Positions 21,982-31,401 of a DNA stretch of 64,000 nt are shown here, one piece after another. Numbering within the stretch: position 1 is the first letter of the stretch; the number at the start of each line of letters is the position of its first letter. Source of the stretch: Cyanobacteria bacterium auto_48_18 (GTDB lineage: Bacteria; Cyanobacteriota; Vampirovibrionia; Obscuribacterales; Obscuribacteraceae). The stretch is from NCBI GenBank assembly GCA_036170915.1, contig JAVHQC010000004.1, positions 37,933-101,932 of the forward strand. Reading direction: 5' to 3'. The notes under the pieces were generated by a model. That model saw only the letters and a program-made list of their open reading frames with translations, had not been told where the DNA came from and did not search any database. The position numbers and the translations under genes are program-made.

Positions 21982-23010
21982 ATGAACAGTGAGTCCACAG
22001 AGATGCCCGCAGCGTCTGAACCGAAGGTTAACTCAAAATCAGACTCGGGTGTCGTTAATCGCAGTAATAGCAAATTAGTAGCGATATTAGTTGTACTTAC
22101 TATCTGTGGAATTTTGTCTTATTTGGTTTTCGATGGTATGAAAACCAATTCGGCGAATAACCAACTTTTTGTCAGCGGTCGCATTGAGGCACCCGAAACA
22201 TATATTTCATCGGCCACAGCAACAAGAGTGCAATCGGTCAATATAAAAGAAGGCGATCACGTGCGCAAAGGCCAGCTGATTTTGACATTAGACGCCTCGT
22301 CTGTTGAAAACAAACTGGATGCTTCGGGTTCAGCCATCGCTCTGGCACAGAGTGCGAAAGCCAAGGCCAATGCGCAAATTGCTGCTACTCAGAGTGAAAT
22401 CAACACGGCCAAGAAAAAGTCTAAAGGTTTTTTCGCCAAGATTTTTACCAGCAAAAAGAAAAAGGCTGAGGTAACTGCTCATTTTAAACAAGAGATGACC
22501 GAAGCTCAGATGCTGCTGCAAAAGACTCAGGAGGCAGAATTGCGCGCAAGAGCCATGCGCGCCGAAGCATCGTCAAAGCTTTCATATTTTTATTTGAAGA
22601 GTCCTATTGATGGTGTCTGCACCATTCGTAGTGTTCAACCAGGCGAACTGGTGGCAGCCGGACAGATACTTCTGACCATCAGCAATCCCAAATCAGCTTT
22701 TATGAAAGGATACATTCCTGAAGGTAAGGTAGGCGAAATCAAGGTTGGGCAGCCTGCCATTATTACCCTCGATTCCAACCACCAACTGAAAGCGCATATC
22801 ACCGCCATTGATACCACGCCCTCTTTTACTCCGGAGAATGTCTATTTTAAGGAAGACCGAGTACGTCAGGTTTTTGGGTTGAAGCTGGCCATCGACCAGA
22901 ATGACGGCAGTGCTAAAGCCGGAATGCCTGCCGAAGCAGAAATATTGCGCCCAGGCCAGACAACCAGCAGTCTTAAACAAAAGCCGAAAACTCCGGAGCT
23001 TTCTAAATGA
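21982..23010 (+). CDS. HlyD-family membrane fusion protein (YbhG-like)
   Basis: TM anchor, SGRIEA, SPIDG, FTPENVYFKEDRVRQVFG; start moved downstream of the promoter motif. Confidence 0.9.
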   Translation: MNSESTEMPAASEPKVNSKSDSGVVNRSNSKLVAILVVLTICGILSYLVFDGMKTNSANNQLFVSGRIEAPETYISSATATRVQSVNIKEGDHVRKGQLILTLDASSVENKLDASGSAIALAQSAKAKANAQIAATQSEINTAKKKSKGFFAKIFTSKKKKAEVTAHFKQEMTEAQMLLQKTQEAELRARAMRAEASSKLSYFYLKSPIDGVCTIRSVQPGELVAAGQILLTISNPKSAFMKGYIPEGKVGEIKVGQPAIITLDSNHQLKAHITAIDTTPSFTPENVYFKEDRVRQVFGLKLAIDQNDGSAKAGMPAEAEILRPGQTTSSLKQKPKTPELSK

Positions 23011-24977
23011 GTGTGGACGCGCCTTCTCCCCTGGTCAAGTCCACAACCGAAACGGTGATTGGCACCACCGGTCTGACCAAAATCTACAAAGGAAAAGTTA
23101 AGGCTCTGGACGGCTTCAATTTAGAAGTCAATCACGGCGATCTTTTTGGCCTGGTGGGGCCTGACGGCGCCGGTAAGTCTACAGCTTTGAAAATTCTAGC
23201 TGGCATTATGGAAGCAAGCAGTGGCGATGCCACAGTCTTTGGTCAGAAACCCTCTGCTGTGAGAGGTTCCATTGGTTATGTACCGCAAAATTGCGCTCTT
23301 TATCCAGAACTTACTGTAGACGAAAGTCTGCAATACGAAGCTGGTTTGCACAATGTAGACCAGGCCACTTTCGAAAAGTTGCGTGCCACCCATCTCGAGC
23401 GCATGGGCCTGGCAAAATTTGGATCGCGCTTGACGTCGAAGTTGTCTGGTGGCATGCGGCAAAATCTGGCCTTGTGTTGTGCCCTAGTCTCGCAGCCCAA
23501 GCTGATTTTGCTCGACGAGCCCACCACCGGCCTTGACCCTATTGCCCGCCGTGAATTGTGGCAGACATTGATTGCATTAACCGCTGAGGGTGTGACAACG
23601 GTTATCGCTACTCCCTTTCTCGATGAAGCTGAAAGGTGCACTCGCATAGCATTAATGTATGAGGGGAAAATACACCAGAGCGGCTCACCGGAAGAATTAC
23701 AGAACGCTCTTGGTGTGAGACGTTTAGAGATACTGGTGAGAGGCGCAGATAGCCAATCGGTGTCAGCGCTGAGTGAGAAACTCTCGAACCATTCTGAAAA
23801 CATCGTAGACCTCTACCCGTTCGGCGACCATCTGGAGATTCTTGCTAAAGACGGAAAAGCCGCACAGACAGAGGTGGAAGCTGCCTTTGCTGGAGATGCA
23901 AACAACCTTGTTAGCCACGAAACTACGCCGAGCATGGAAAATGTATTCGTCATGCGCTTACGCGAATTAGGCCTGACTGAAATTCAGCCGCCAGCGTTTC
24001 CTTCATTAGATGACGGTCAGAAAAGAGCTGCTAAAGCTACTTCTGCCATTGCTGCTAAAAACCTGGTTAAGACTTTTGGCGCGTTTAAAGCTGTAGACGA
24101 CTTGAGCGTTGATATCAAATATGGTGAGATTTATGGCCTTCTGGGCGCTAACGGTGCGGGAAAGACCACTACCATTAAGATGCTTTGCGGCCTGCTTTCT
24201 CCCACTTCCGGACAGGTGACACTGGCTGGCGAAAGTGGTAGTTTGCGCAGCCGCGACGTGCGGCGCAAGATTGGCTATATGAGCCAAAAATTCACTTTGT
24301 ATGATGGTCTGACTGTTTTTGAAAATTTGCAATTTTATGCTGGCATCTATGAGCTGCCTTTGTCAAAGCGTAAGCAACAGCTTGACTGGGCTCTAGCCGC
24401 TTGTGGTCTGGCAGAAACCAGAGATGTGGTGGTGGGCAGTTTACCTTTAGGCTGGAAACAACGCATCGCATTTGGTGCGGCTGTCATGCATGATCCGCAA
24501 GTAATTTTTCTAGACGAACCGACAGCCGGGGTTGATCCCCTGGCGCGCAGGCAATTGTGGCGCATGATTAGAGAGTTTTCTGCGCGGGGAGCGGCGATTT
24601 TAGTCACCACCCATTACCTTGATGAAGCAGAATATTGCAACCGTCTCAGTTTTGTTTCTGCCAGCCGTATGATCGCTGAGGGTACTCCAAGTGAAATCAA
24701 GACGATTGGAGACGGTGAACTCTTTGAAGTAATCTGCCATCAGCCGCAAGAGGCTTTCACGGCTCTGGCTAACACTCTTGAACCCTGGCGCATTTCTATT
24801 TTTGGCAAAGCCCTGCATATATTTCTTGATCATCCTGAAACGGATCTACCGCCGGTGAAGGCACTTTTAGAAAAAGCTGATCTGGTCAAGCAAGAAATTC
24901 GCTCCATTCCTTTTTCTCTTGAAGACGCCTTCATTGCTCGTGTTCAACACGGCAAAAAAGGATCAGGTGCAGGCTAA
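23007..24977 (+). CDS. ABC transporter with two ATP-binding domains (YbhF-like)
   Basis: Two Walker A motifs (GPDGAGKS, GANGAGKT), LSGGM, LDEPT twice. Confidence 0.93.
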   Translation: MSVDAPSPLVKSTTETVIGTTGLTKIYKGKVKALDGFNLEVNHGDLFGLVGPDGAGKSTALKILAGIMEASSGDATVFGQKPSAVRGSIGYVPQNCALYPELTVDESLQYEAGLHNVDQATFEKLRATHLERMGLAKFGSRLTSKLSGGMRQNLALCCALVSQPKLILLDEPTTGLDPIARRELWQTLIALTAEGVTTVIATPFLDEAERCTRIALMYEGKIHQSGSPEELQNALGVRRLEILVRGADSQSVSALSEKLSNHSENIVDLYPFGDHLEILAKDGKAAQTEVEAAFAGDANNLVSHETTPSMENVFVMRLRELGLTEIQPPAFPSLDDGQKRAAKATSAIAAKNLVKTFGAFKAVDDLSVDIKYGEIYGLLGANGAGKTTTIKMLCGLLSPTSGQVTLAGESGSLRSRDVRRKIGYMSQKFTLYDGLTVFENLQFYAGIYELPLSKRKQQLDWALAACGLAETRDVVVGSLPLGWKQRIAFGAAVMHDPQVIFLDEPTAGVDPLARRQLWRMIREFSARGAAILVTTHYLDEAEYCNRLSFVSASRMIAEGTPSEIKTIGDGELFEVICHQPQEAFTALANTLEPWRISIFGKALHIFLDHPETDLPPVKALLEKADLVKQEIRSIPFSLEDAFIARVQHGKKGSGAG

Positions 24978-26101
24978 TGAAACGAATTTGGGCACAAGCA
25001 GTTAAGGAGTGGCAAGAATTTCGGCGCGATCGCCTCAGTTTGGCGCTGGCCTTTTTATTGCCCTTATTTTCATTGCTTCTATTTGGTTATGGCATCAGAC
25101 TGGAATCGAAAAATATTCCCATTGTGGTGCAAGACAATGATCAGACCTCATTTAGTCGCGAATATGTTGAAAGACTTTATGCCACCAATATTCTTTCTCG
25201 CGCCAATATTGCAGGCGCCAAATCGCCGCGCGATGCCATCGATCGCGGGTTGGCAAAAGTATCTATCACCATTCCTGAGGGGTTTACACAAAAAGTTTTG
25301 CGCCGTGAAACTTCATCTCTCGATGTGCTGATCGACGGCACTGACATCGCCAACACTCAAATTGTCTCTAACAGCATCAAAGCAGCGAATATTTATTTTG
25401 TTGCCATGCTTAAGGCATCCAAGACTGCCGGCGATCCTAACGATTTAAAAGTGGTGGCACCACAGGTGCGCGTCTGGTACAACCCGGGCCGGCTCGAGCC
25501 TTTGTTTATTGTGCCGGGTGCCATCGGCATCATACTCTGGATGTATCCGGCACTTCTGGCTGCCGTGGCCGCTTCACGCGAGAAAGAACAAGAGACGATT
25601 ATCAGGGTCTATTCTTCGTCTATCAAACCGCTCGAGTTTTTGTTGGGCAAGGCTCTGGTTTATTTTCTAGTGGGAATGGTAATGGCACTACTGGTAATAA
25701 CACTAGGTTGGATTTTATTTGCAGTAAAAATTGTGGGTGATCCCACTCCGCTACTCGTTTGTATACCAATTTATGTATTTGCTGCAGTTCTATTCGGTCT
25801 GATGCTTGGTACCTTTGCCAATTCGCAAACCGTTGCTGTGCAGGCCACCTCTACTGCGGGATTTTTCCCTTGCCTTCTGCTTTCGGGCTTTGTTTATCCG
25901 ATTTATAACATTCCCATGCCGCTCAATTTACTTACGTTGGTTGTGCCGGCACGTTATTTCATTCAACTCACTCGTGACACCTTTGTGCGCGGAATGGGTT
26001 GGCCTGCAGTCTGGTTTGTGCCCCTGATTTTACTGGTTTTCTGCCTGGCATACCTGGCGCTCAGTTGGCTCAATTTGCGCCGCATGCAATTAAAAGATTA
26101 G
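24977..26101 (+). CDS. ABC-2 permease (YbhS-like)
   Basis: KEWQEFRRD, WYNP, multiple TM segments. Confidence 0.9.
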   Translation: MKRIWAQAVKEWQEFRRDRLSLALAFLLPLFSLLLFGYGIRLESKNIPIVVQDNDQTSFSREYVERLYATNILSRANIAGAKSPRDAIDRGLAKVSITIPEGFTQKVLRRETSSLDVLIDGTDIANTQIVSNSIKAANIYFVAMLKASKTAGDPNDLKVVAPQVRVWYNPGRLEPLFIVPGAIGIILWMYPALLAAVAASREKEQETIIRVYSSSIKPLEFLLGKALVYFLVGMVMALLVITLGWILFAVKIVGDPTPLLVCIPIYVFAAVLFGLMLGTFANSQTVAVQATSTAGFFPCLLLSGFVYPIYNIPMPLNLLTLVVPARYFIQLTRDTFVRGMGWPAVWFVPLILLVFCLAYLALSWLNLRRMQLKD

Positions 26102-26113
26102 AGGTGAAGTAAC

Positions 26114-27274
26114 ATGGCAGAGCCGATGGCAAAAAATCACTCCGGACCTTTCGATTTTATTATTGGCAGCAGGCTCTGGGCGCTCGTAGCAAAAGAATGT
26201 CGGGAAATTTTGCGCAATAAGTATTTGCTTTTTCTGATTCTCTTTCCGCCAATTATTCAGCTATTAATTTTAGGCGGCGCTTTAGATCCGCAAGTGCGCA
26301 ATTTGGCTTTGGGCATTGTCGATCGCTCCGACAGCACTCAGAGCCATCTGCTCATTGATAGTTTGCTCAAAGACGATGTCTTCAAGAAAGCTCAGCATTT
26401 TAAAGATGAAGAGACCATGTGTCGCGCTCTTGATTTGGGCAAGTTAGCTGTGGCCATTGTCATTCCTAAAGAATTTGCGCCAAATTTGCAGAATGGTAAA
26501 CCAGCACCTGTGCAGGTTCTGGTCGATGGAGCAGACGCCTACAGTGCGGGAGTGGCCAGCGCTTTTGTCAAACGCACTATGAGTCGCTTTGACCCAGGCG
26601 GTTTGAAGAAAAAATATGTTGATCCAGACTCTATTGTCGACCCGAAAATGCAGATTCTTTATAATCCTGAGCAGTTAAGCAGCTGGTATTTTGTGCCTGG
26701 AGTGCTGGGCGCTTGCCTCACTTTAGTTTCCACCTTGATTGCCTCAGCTACGATCTTGAAAGAGCGTGAAAATGGCACCATGGAGCAACTACTGATGACT
26801 CCTGCTGAGCCCTGGGAAATTTTACTGGCGAAAATTATCCCCCTGGTGGCATTTTTGCTCGCCGACGTTTGCATCGCCATCGCCCTGGCGCATGTGGTGT
26901 TCGGGCTGCCCTTCCGCGGCAATTTTCTTGTCTTTCTGTTTGCTTCTGCACTTTATGCCTTTGTCGGCATTGGCTTTGGCATGCTACTAGGCTCTGTTTG
27001 TCAGAGTCAGAGGCAAGCGCAGCTTACATCTTTCTTTATCAATATTCCCCTCATTCTATTGTCTGGCACAGTGGTGCCATTTGACACAATGCCCCAAGCC
27101 ATGCAAGCGGTGGCTATTTTCGACCCTCTGCGCTACTACACTCTGGTGGCCCGGGGTATCATTCTTAAAGGAGCGACTCTGGAGATGCTCTGGCCGGACA
27201 TCGCTCTTTTGGTGGTCTTTGCCATTCTGTTATTGTGGCTTAGTGCTAGCCGCTTCCGCCGTCAGCTGATTTAA
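26114..27274 (+). CDS. ABC-2 permease (YbhR-like)
   Basis: YNP, KERENGTMEQLLMTP, multiple TM segments. Confidence 0.9.
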   Translation: MAEPMAKNHSGPFDFIIGSRLWALVAKECREILRNKYLLFLILFPPIIQLLILGGALDPQVRNLALGIVDRSDSTQSHLLIDSLLKDDVFKKAQHFKDEETMCRALDLGKLAVAIVIPKEFAPNLQNGKPAPVQVLVDGADAYSAGVASAFVKRTMSRFDPGGLKKKYVDPDSIVDPKMQILYNPEQLSSWYFVPGVLGACLTLVSTLIASATILKERENGTMEQLLMTPAEPWEILLAKIIPLVAFLLADVCIAIALAHVVFGLPFRGNFLVFLFASALYAFVGIGFGMLLGSVCQSQRQAQLTSFFINIPLILLSGTVVPFDTMPQAMQAVAIFDPLRYYTLVARGIILKGATLEMLWPDIALLVVFAILLLWLSASRFRRQLI

Positions 27275-27285
27275 AGGGTTCTTTT

Positions 27286-27762
27286 GTGGATAATTTTATG
27301 GAAGTGCCAATCAGCAATTTTCACAAGGTTGACGATGTTCTTTATCGAGGCGGACAGCCAAAGGAGCTGGGTCTGGTGGCGCTCAGTGAGATGAAAATCA
27401 AAAGCGTTGTGTCTTTACGTTGGCGCAAGCAGAGAATTGAAGCCGAACGCGCTCTGGTTGAAGGCTTAGGACTTAAGTTTTTCAGCATTCCCCTAAATTA
27501 TTGGACTTTGCCTAAGCAAAAGGATGTTAGGGCGCTTTTGGCAGTTGTTGACGATGAAGCTAATCAGCCTGTTTTTGTGCATTGTTTCCATGGGGCCGAT
27601 CGAACAGGCGTGCTGGTAGCAATGTACCGCATCTTGCGCAATGATTGGAGCCTGCAGGAGGCATACAAAGAGATGCGCGAATGCGGTCATCATCGTATCA
27701 GCACACACCATTTTAAATTAGCACTCTGGCGCCTGGCCCATGAAGCGGCAAAAACTGTGTAA
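27286..27762 (+). CDS. Cys-based dual-specificity / PFA-DSP (Siw14-like) phosphatase
   Basis: NFHKVD-LYRGGQP; P-loop VHCFHGADRTG. Confidence 0.9.
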   Translation: MDNFMEVPISNFHKVDDVLYRGGQPKELGLVALSEMKIKSVVSLRWRKQRIEAERALVEGLGLKFFSIPLNYWTLPKQKDVRALLAVVDDEANQPVFVHCFHGADRTGVLVAMYRILRNDWSLQEAYKEMRECGHHRISTHHFKLALWRLAHEAAKTV

Positions 27763-27797
27763 CCACATTTGGTGGCGCGGATATTTTGTGATTTAAT

Positions 27798-27822
27798 GGA
27801 ACTAGTTATCAAGCTCAACGTC
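27798..27822 (+). promoter_or_regulatory. ECF-type promoter GGAAC-N17-GTC
   Basis: ggaac tagttatcaagctcaac gtc. Confidence 0.75.
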
Positions 27823-27853
27823 ACTCGCTCAATAGTGAACAGAGGATCGGTTA

Positions 27854-28654
27854 ATGGGCAGAATCAACGTAGCCACAAGCGCAAAACTAAACCTCACAGC
27901 TTTATGTTTGGGTGCTACCCTGGCCTTCTATCCGTCCATAGTTTCTGCTTTTTCCGTGGCCGTGTATGCTCCACCGATTAAGAACAACGGACCGCAGCCA
28001 AATCCAGTGGCCGTAAATAAGTCTCAGCTCGCGGCATTGAAAAACTATGATGTGATCGTCTTTATTGACGCAAGCAATTCAATGAAGGTTGGAGATTGTG
28101 ATCAAGGCCGCAGCACTCGCTGGCAGTGGTGTCAGCAGCAAACTACGGCACTGCGCAACACGTTAGGCACTTCGATGAATGGACATCTTAAGATAGTCGC
28201 CTTTAGCGATCATTTCAAAGTTTATCCAAATGTCGAAATGGACAGCATCCCAAGTTTTTTTGCCGAGCATAAACCTTCGGGCAGCACTGATACCACCCGC
28301 GCAATTAAAAGCCAGCTAAATCAGTATTTCGCCAGTCGCAAAGCCGACAAGACAACTAGGCCACTGCTAGTCGCAATGATTACCGACGGTTTGCCTGATA
28401 GACCCCAATCGCTCAGCGACGTTATTGTTCAGGCCACTCAGCAAATGGAAGATCCCAAAGAAATTGCCATTACCTTTTTGCAAGTAGGTACCGACAGCAA
28501 AGCGACAAAATATTTGCAAGAGCTCGATGAATGCCTCATTAGCCGAAAAGCTCGATACGACATCGTCACCACTAAAACCTATGACCAGCTAAGTGCTGGT
28601 CTGGCCAGTGCTCTGTTGCAGCTGGTTAGCCCCGAGACAGTTGCTTTGAAATAG
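27854..28654 (+). CDS. Secreted vWA-domain protein
   Basis: MIDAS motif DASNS, GSTDT, ITDG; FLQVG. Confidence 0.85.
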   Translation: MGRINVATSAKLNLTALCLGATLAFYPSIVSAFSVAVYAPPIKNNGPQPNPVAVNKSQLAALKNYDVIVFIDASNSMKVGDCDQGRSTRWQWCQQQTTALRNTLGTSMNGHLKIVAFSDHFKVYPNVEMDSIPSFFAEHKPSGSTDTTRAIKSQLNQYFASRKADKTTRPLLVAMITDGLPDRPQSLSDVIVQATQQMEDPKEIAITFLQVGTDSKATKYLQELDECLISRKARYDIVTTKTYDQLSAGLASALLQLVSPETVALK

Positions 28655-28690
28655 TGTTCGCCGAAAGGCGGCTTGCTCTATCTGTTCTAT

Positions 28691-29764
28691 CTACGTAATC
28701 GGCATCTTCAGTAAATGCGGTGAAACATAGTTGATCAATGCGCTTCGGCCAAGTGGCGGCTGATCTAGAAAAGCCGAGAGTAGTACTCCTTCTTTCCAGG
28801 TTTTTTGATCAACGCAATACCAAAAAATGGCCAAATAGAGCTGCAGGCATTTTCGAGAAACACCTTGAAAATATTTTCGAATGAAGGTGATGGCTGCGCC
28901 TATGATTTCAGAGGTCGGAGTCGATACTCCGCGCAAGATTGTGCCCGGCTCTTTTTGTACAGTTCTTATGTAGCGCCCACCAGGCATATCTTGAATTAAG
29001 CCATCCAGTGCCAGCATCACCACAGTGCTTCCCAAAATTCCTGCTGGTTGTCCCGTCATGTCACAAAGATCATCAATTGAAATTGGAGTGTCGCCTATAA
29101 ACTCGAGTACTTGTTTTTGCAAGGAACTGAGATTTGTTAGAGCGTCGCTTATAGGGAAGTTAGACATTTCCTGGGCCGCAGAACTGTCGCTGCTTTCTAA
29201 TGAGTCGTTTGCACTGTATTTTTCTGCCAACTCTTTTTCGACTTCATCTTGTTCTGCTTGAGGGTGCAATCGTGCCGGAGTTTCGCTACTACGCCTGAAT
29301 ATTATTTGCAGTAGTTCACCGCCAATCAGCACTGGTGCTGATTCATCAATGCTACCGGCAACAATCATGGCAGCTCTTAGTAGGCAGTTGCGCGCTGTGG
29401 CGAAAGCAACTTTAGCAATCTTTGAAAACCCCAACGCGCTTATTGCAATATTGTTTTCGGCAAAGTGAATTGCTCCCAGCCAGGCTTGAAGGCGGCTCAC
29501 GTCTTCAAAGGCTGTTCCTACAGTAAAGTAGGTTCGCAGTTTGCAGAGTCGGCAAATGAAAAAGCGCGACCCTTCGTGCCGATTTAGATTACTTGATCCG
29601 CAACAGCAGACTATTCGTCCTTTTGCTTCAAGAGCCTTAAAAATAGTGTCGGCCGCTGCATCGTCTGACGGTACCTTGCGGATAAAGAGCTTCCATTGGG
29701 CTTTCGCCACGCTGTATTTGTCGTTCCTCTCGTTTTTGCGTTTCACCATGAGTAAGTCCTCCAT
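28691..29764 (-). CDS. IS1595-transposase-derived Zn-ribbon/HTH protein fused to a DprA-like winged helix; no evident DDE core
   Basis: CCCGS...CRLCK..TVGTAFE..WLGAI..ISALG; winged helix QVLEFIGDTPISIDDLC...LALDGLIQDMPGGRY; tail FQGVSRKCLQLYL. Confidence 0.7.
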   Translation of the reverse strand: MEDLLMVKRKNERNDKYSVAKAQWKLFIRKVPSDDAAADTIFKALEAKGRIVCCCGSSNLNRHEGSRFFICRLCKLRTYFTVGTAFEDVSRLQAWLGAIHFAENNIAISALGFSKIAKVAFATARNCLLRAAMIVAGSIDESAPVLIGGELLQIIFRRSSETPARLHPQAEQDEVEKELAEKYSANDSLESSDSSAAQEMSNFPISDALTNLSSLQKQVLEFIGDTPISIDDLCDMTGQPAGILGSTVVMLALDGLIQDMPGGRYIRTVQKEPGTILRGVSTPTSEIIGAAITFIRKYFQGVSRKCLQLYLAIFWYCVDQKTWKEGVLLSAFLDQPPLGRSALINYVSPHLLKMPIT

Positions 29765-29929
29765 GTGTCAGGAAATATAACTCAGGAGATTGCAAACGGT
29801 TCAACTAATCGGCAAAAGTGCGCAAACATTTGGATTGTTTTGCTGTTTTTTCTAGTATTTAAAGACTTAGAATTTTACTGTAGTTGCTTTGCCAGTGGTT
29901 GGCTGGTTGGTAGTGTAAGGATTGGATTT

Positions 29930-29988
29930 TAGATTGATATCAATCTAGCTTTTAAGAGAATTGCAGATTGATATCAATCTGCAATTCT
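29930..29988. repeat. Tandem pair of 16-bp palindromes AGATTGATATCAATCT, copy 2
   Basis: Cores at 29931-29946 and 29965-29980; the second extends to a 32-bp palindrome at 29957-29988. Confidence 0.95.
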
Positions 29989-30061
29989 TTCCAGGCATCG
30001 AACCCCCTCCGGTGCGCAAAAATTGCTGATAGAACTCATTTCGTATTCGACATTCAAAGTT

Positions 30062-30087
30062 GGAACTTTTAACTTATCCCAAATGTC
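30062..30087 (+). promoter_or_regulatory. ECF-type promoter GGAAC-N18-GTC with no annotated gene downstream
   Basis: ggaac ttttaacttatcccaaat gtc. Confidence 0.55.
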
Positions 30088-30092
30088 ATAGA

Positions 30093-30180
30093 CAACATAG
30101 ATTTCTCGGTGGAACAAAGGAGAGCTCACCTTTGAAATGCCCCGAGGTGATGAGCAGCTAATTTACATTAGCTGCTTTGT
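30093..30180 (+). ncRNA. Candidate structured sRNA of about 90 nt
   Basis: Promoter motif, nested stems CTCGG/CCGAG and CAAAGG/CCTTTG, then a terminator-like hairpin. Confidence 0.35.
30153..30180. terminator. Terminator-like hairpin
   Basis: AGCAGCTAAT-ttac-ATTAGCTGCT followed by TTGT. Confidence 0.65.
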
Positions 30181-30184
30181 CGCT

Positions 30185-30820
30185 TTAAGGTTTTTCAGTC
30201 TTAAAATCTAGATAGTGCTCCACCATTTCGCGCATTCGTGGATGCTCACCTTTTATGGTCTTGATCCACGGCTCAAATGGCGGAACTGGTTCACTGACAC
30301 GGAAAAGGAAATAGTACACGCTCATTTCACCAATAAATCTAAAGCGCTTCTGTATGTCTGCGCTTAGATCTTCATAACTGCCGAACGAGCGCAAATAATT
30401 TTGGAAGCTTCCGAAAGCGCGGTTAAGTTCTAAAATTGCTTTTGTATTGTCTATGGTTGCGACTATCTTTTTCTCGCTGTGCACAATTCCTGGCGTAGTT
30501 AGTAAGCGGGAAATGTCTTTTCTATTGAATTTCGCCACAACCCGCGGTTCAAATTGAGCAAAGGCATTCCTGAAGTCTTCCCATTTGCCTTGAATTTGGG
30601 CCCAGCTGACTCCCGCTTGAAATACGGCCATTGTAACTACATCTAGGTAATCGCCCAGTGCAGGAGCTGAAATTCTCTCTGGAATATAAGACTGTTTGGC
30701 ACCAGTTGCACCAGTTGCATCAGGGCGACCAATCGCATTAGATGCAACCTTTTCAGCCACCACCGCCTTGTTTTTCTTGCCCTTCTTGCTTAGTGATGTA
30801 AGCAGCACAATTTTCTTCAT
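30185..30820 (-). CDS. DNA-3-methyladenine glycosylase I (Tag)-like protein
   Basis: AVFQAGVSW, FRNAFAQF, GIVHSEKKIVATIDN, KRFRFIG. Confidence 0.8.
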   Translation of the reverse strand: MKKIVLLTSLSKKGKKNKAVVAEKVASNAIGRPDATGATGAKQSYIPERISAPALGDYLDVVTMAVFQAGVSWAQIQGKWEDFRNAFAQFEPRVVAKFNRKDISRLLTTPGIVHSEKKIVATIDNTKAILELNRAFGSFQNYLRSFGSYEDLSADIQKRFRFIGEMSVYYFLFRVSEPVPPFEPWIKTIKGEHPRMREMVEHYLDFKTEKP

Positions 30821-30839
30821 GCCAGATTTCAGGGAAGTC

Positions 30840-31262
30840 TTATGGTTTTGACCTAGCCAAATCTTTTAATTCGTCTTTAGCCACTTGAGCGTTGCGATCG
30901 ACAACTTTTTTAGCAATCTCTTCTTGTTTGTCTAAGTTTTTCTTTGCTACTTCAGTGCTTTCCTTGACGTTCGACTTTTGGGCGTCAATATTGCTTTTCT
31001 CAATGTCTAGTTGCTTTTTAGTTGCTTCGAGAGTTTGTAGACTGTGGTCTTTTTGGCGCTCAACGTCTTGCTTCAATTCTTCAGTTGTCTTTTCGACTAC
31101 TTTCATCTGTACTTCTTTTTGCTTGTCAATGTCTTTTTCGCGCTCTGCTAACTCGTGCTGCGTATTGCTGCAAGCGCTGGTGCTAAGAGTGACGAAGGCA
31201 AAGGCAAGAAGAATTTTGCCAGCTTGACTTAAACTCTTACTACTGGTCGAACTAGAAATCAT
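30840..31262 (-). CDS. Charged coiled-coil lipoprotein (hydrophilin/LEA-like composition)
   Basis: Lipobox-like TSAC; K/E/Q-rich; GAGGG RBS before ATG 31262. Confidence 0.75.
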   Translation of the reverse strand: MISSSTSSKSLSQAGKILLAFAFVTLSTSACSNTQHELAEREKDIDKQKEVQMKVVEKTTEELKQDVERQKDHSLQTLEATKKQLDIEKSNIDAQKSNVKESTEVAKKNLDKQEEIAKKVVDRNAQVAKDELKDLARSKP

Positions 31263-31296
31263 TAATATAACCCTCATTAATCGGTCCGTAGAGCTA

Positions 31297-31321
31297 GACC
31301 GTTATTTTGCAGTTTGGTTCC
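31297..31321 (-). promoter_or_regulatory. ECF-type promoter GGAAC-N17-GTC
   Basis: gac-N17-gttcc. Confidence 0.75.
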
Positions 31322-31401
31322 TTCTTGCGCGAAATCAGCTACAAGGTCGGAAATCTCAAAATGGGTTTGCGCGCCGAGTCGCCTAGAGACAGAGGTCCAC
31401 A

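Noticed and set aside
28691..29764. Active IS1595 insertion sequence
   Set aside because: No recognisable DDE core, terminal inverted repeats or target duplication by eye
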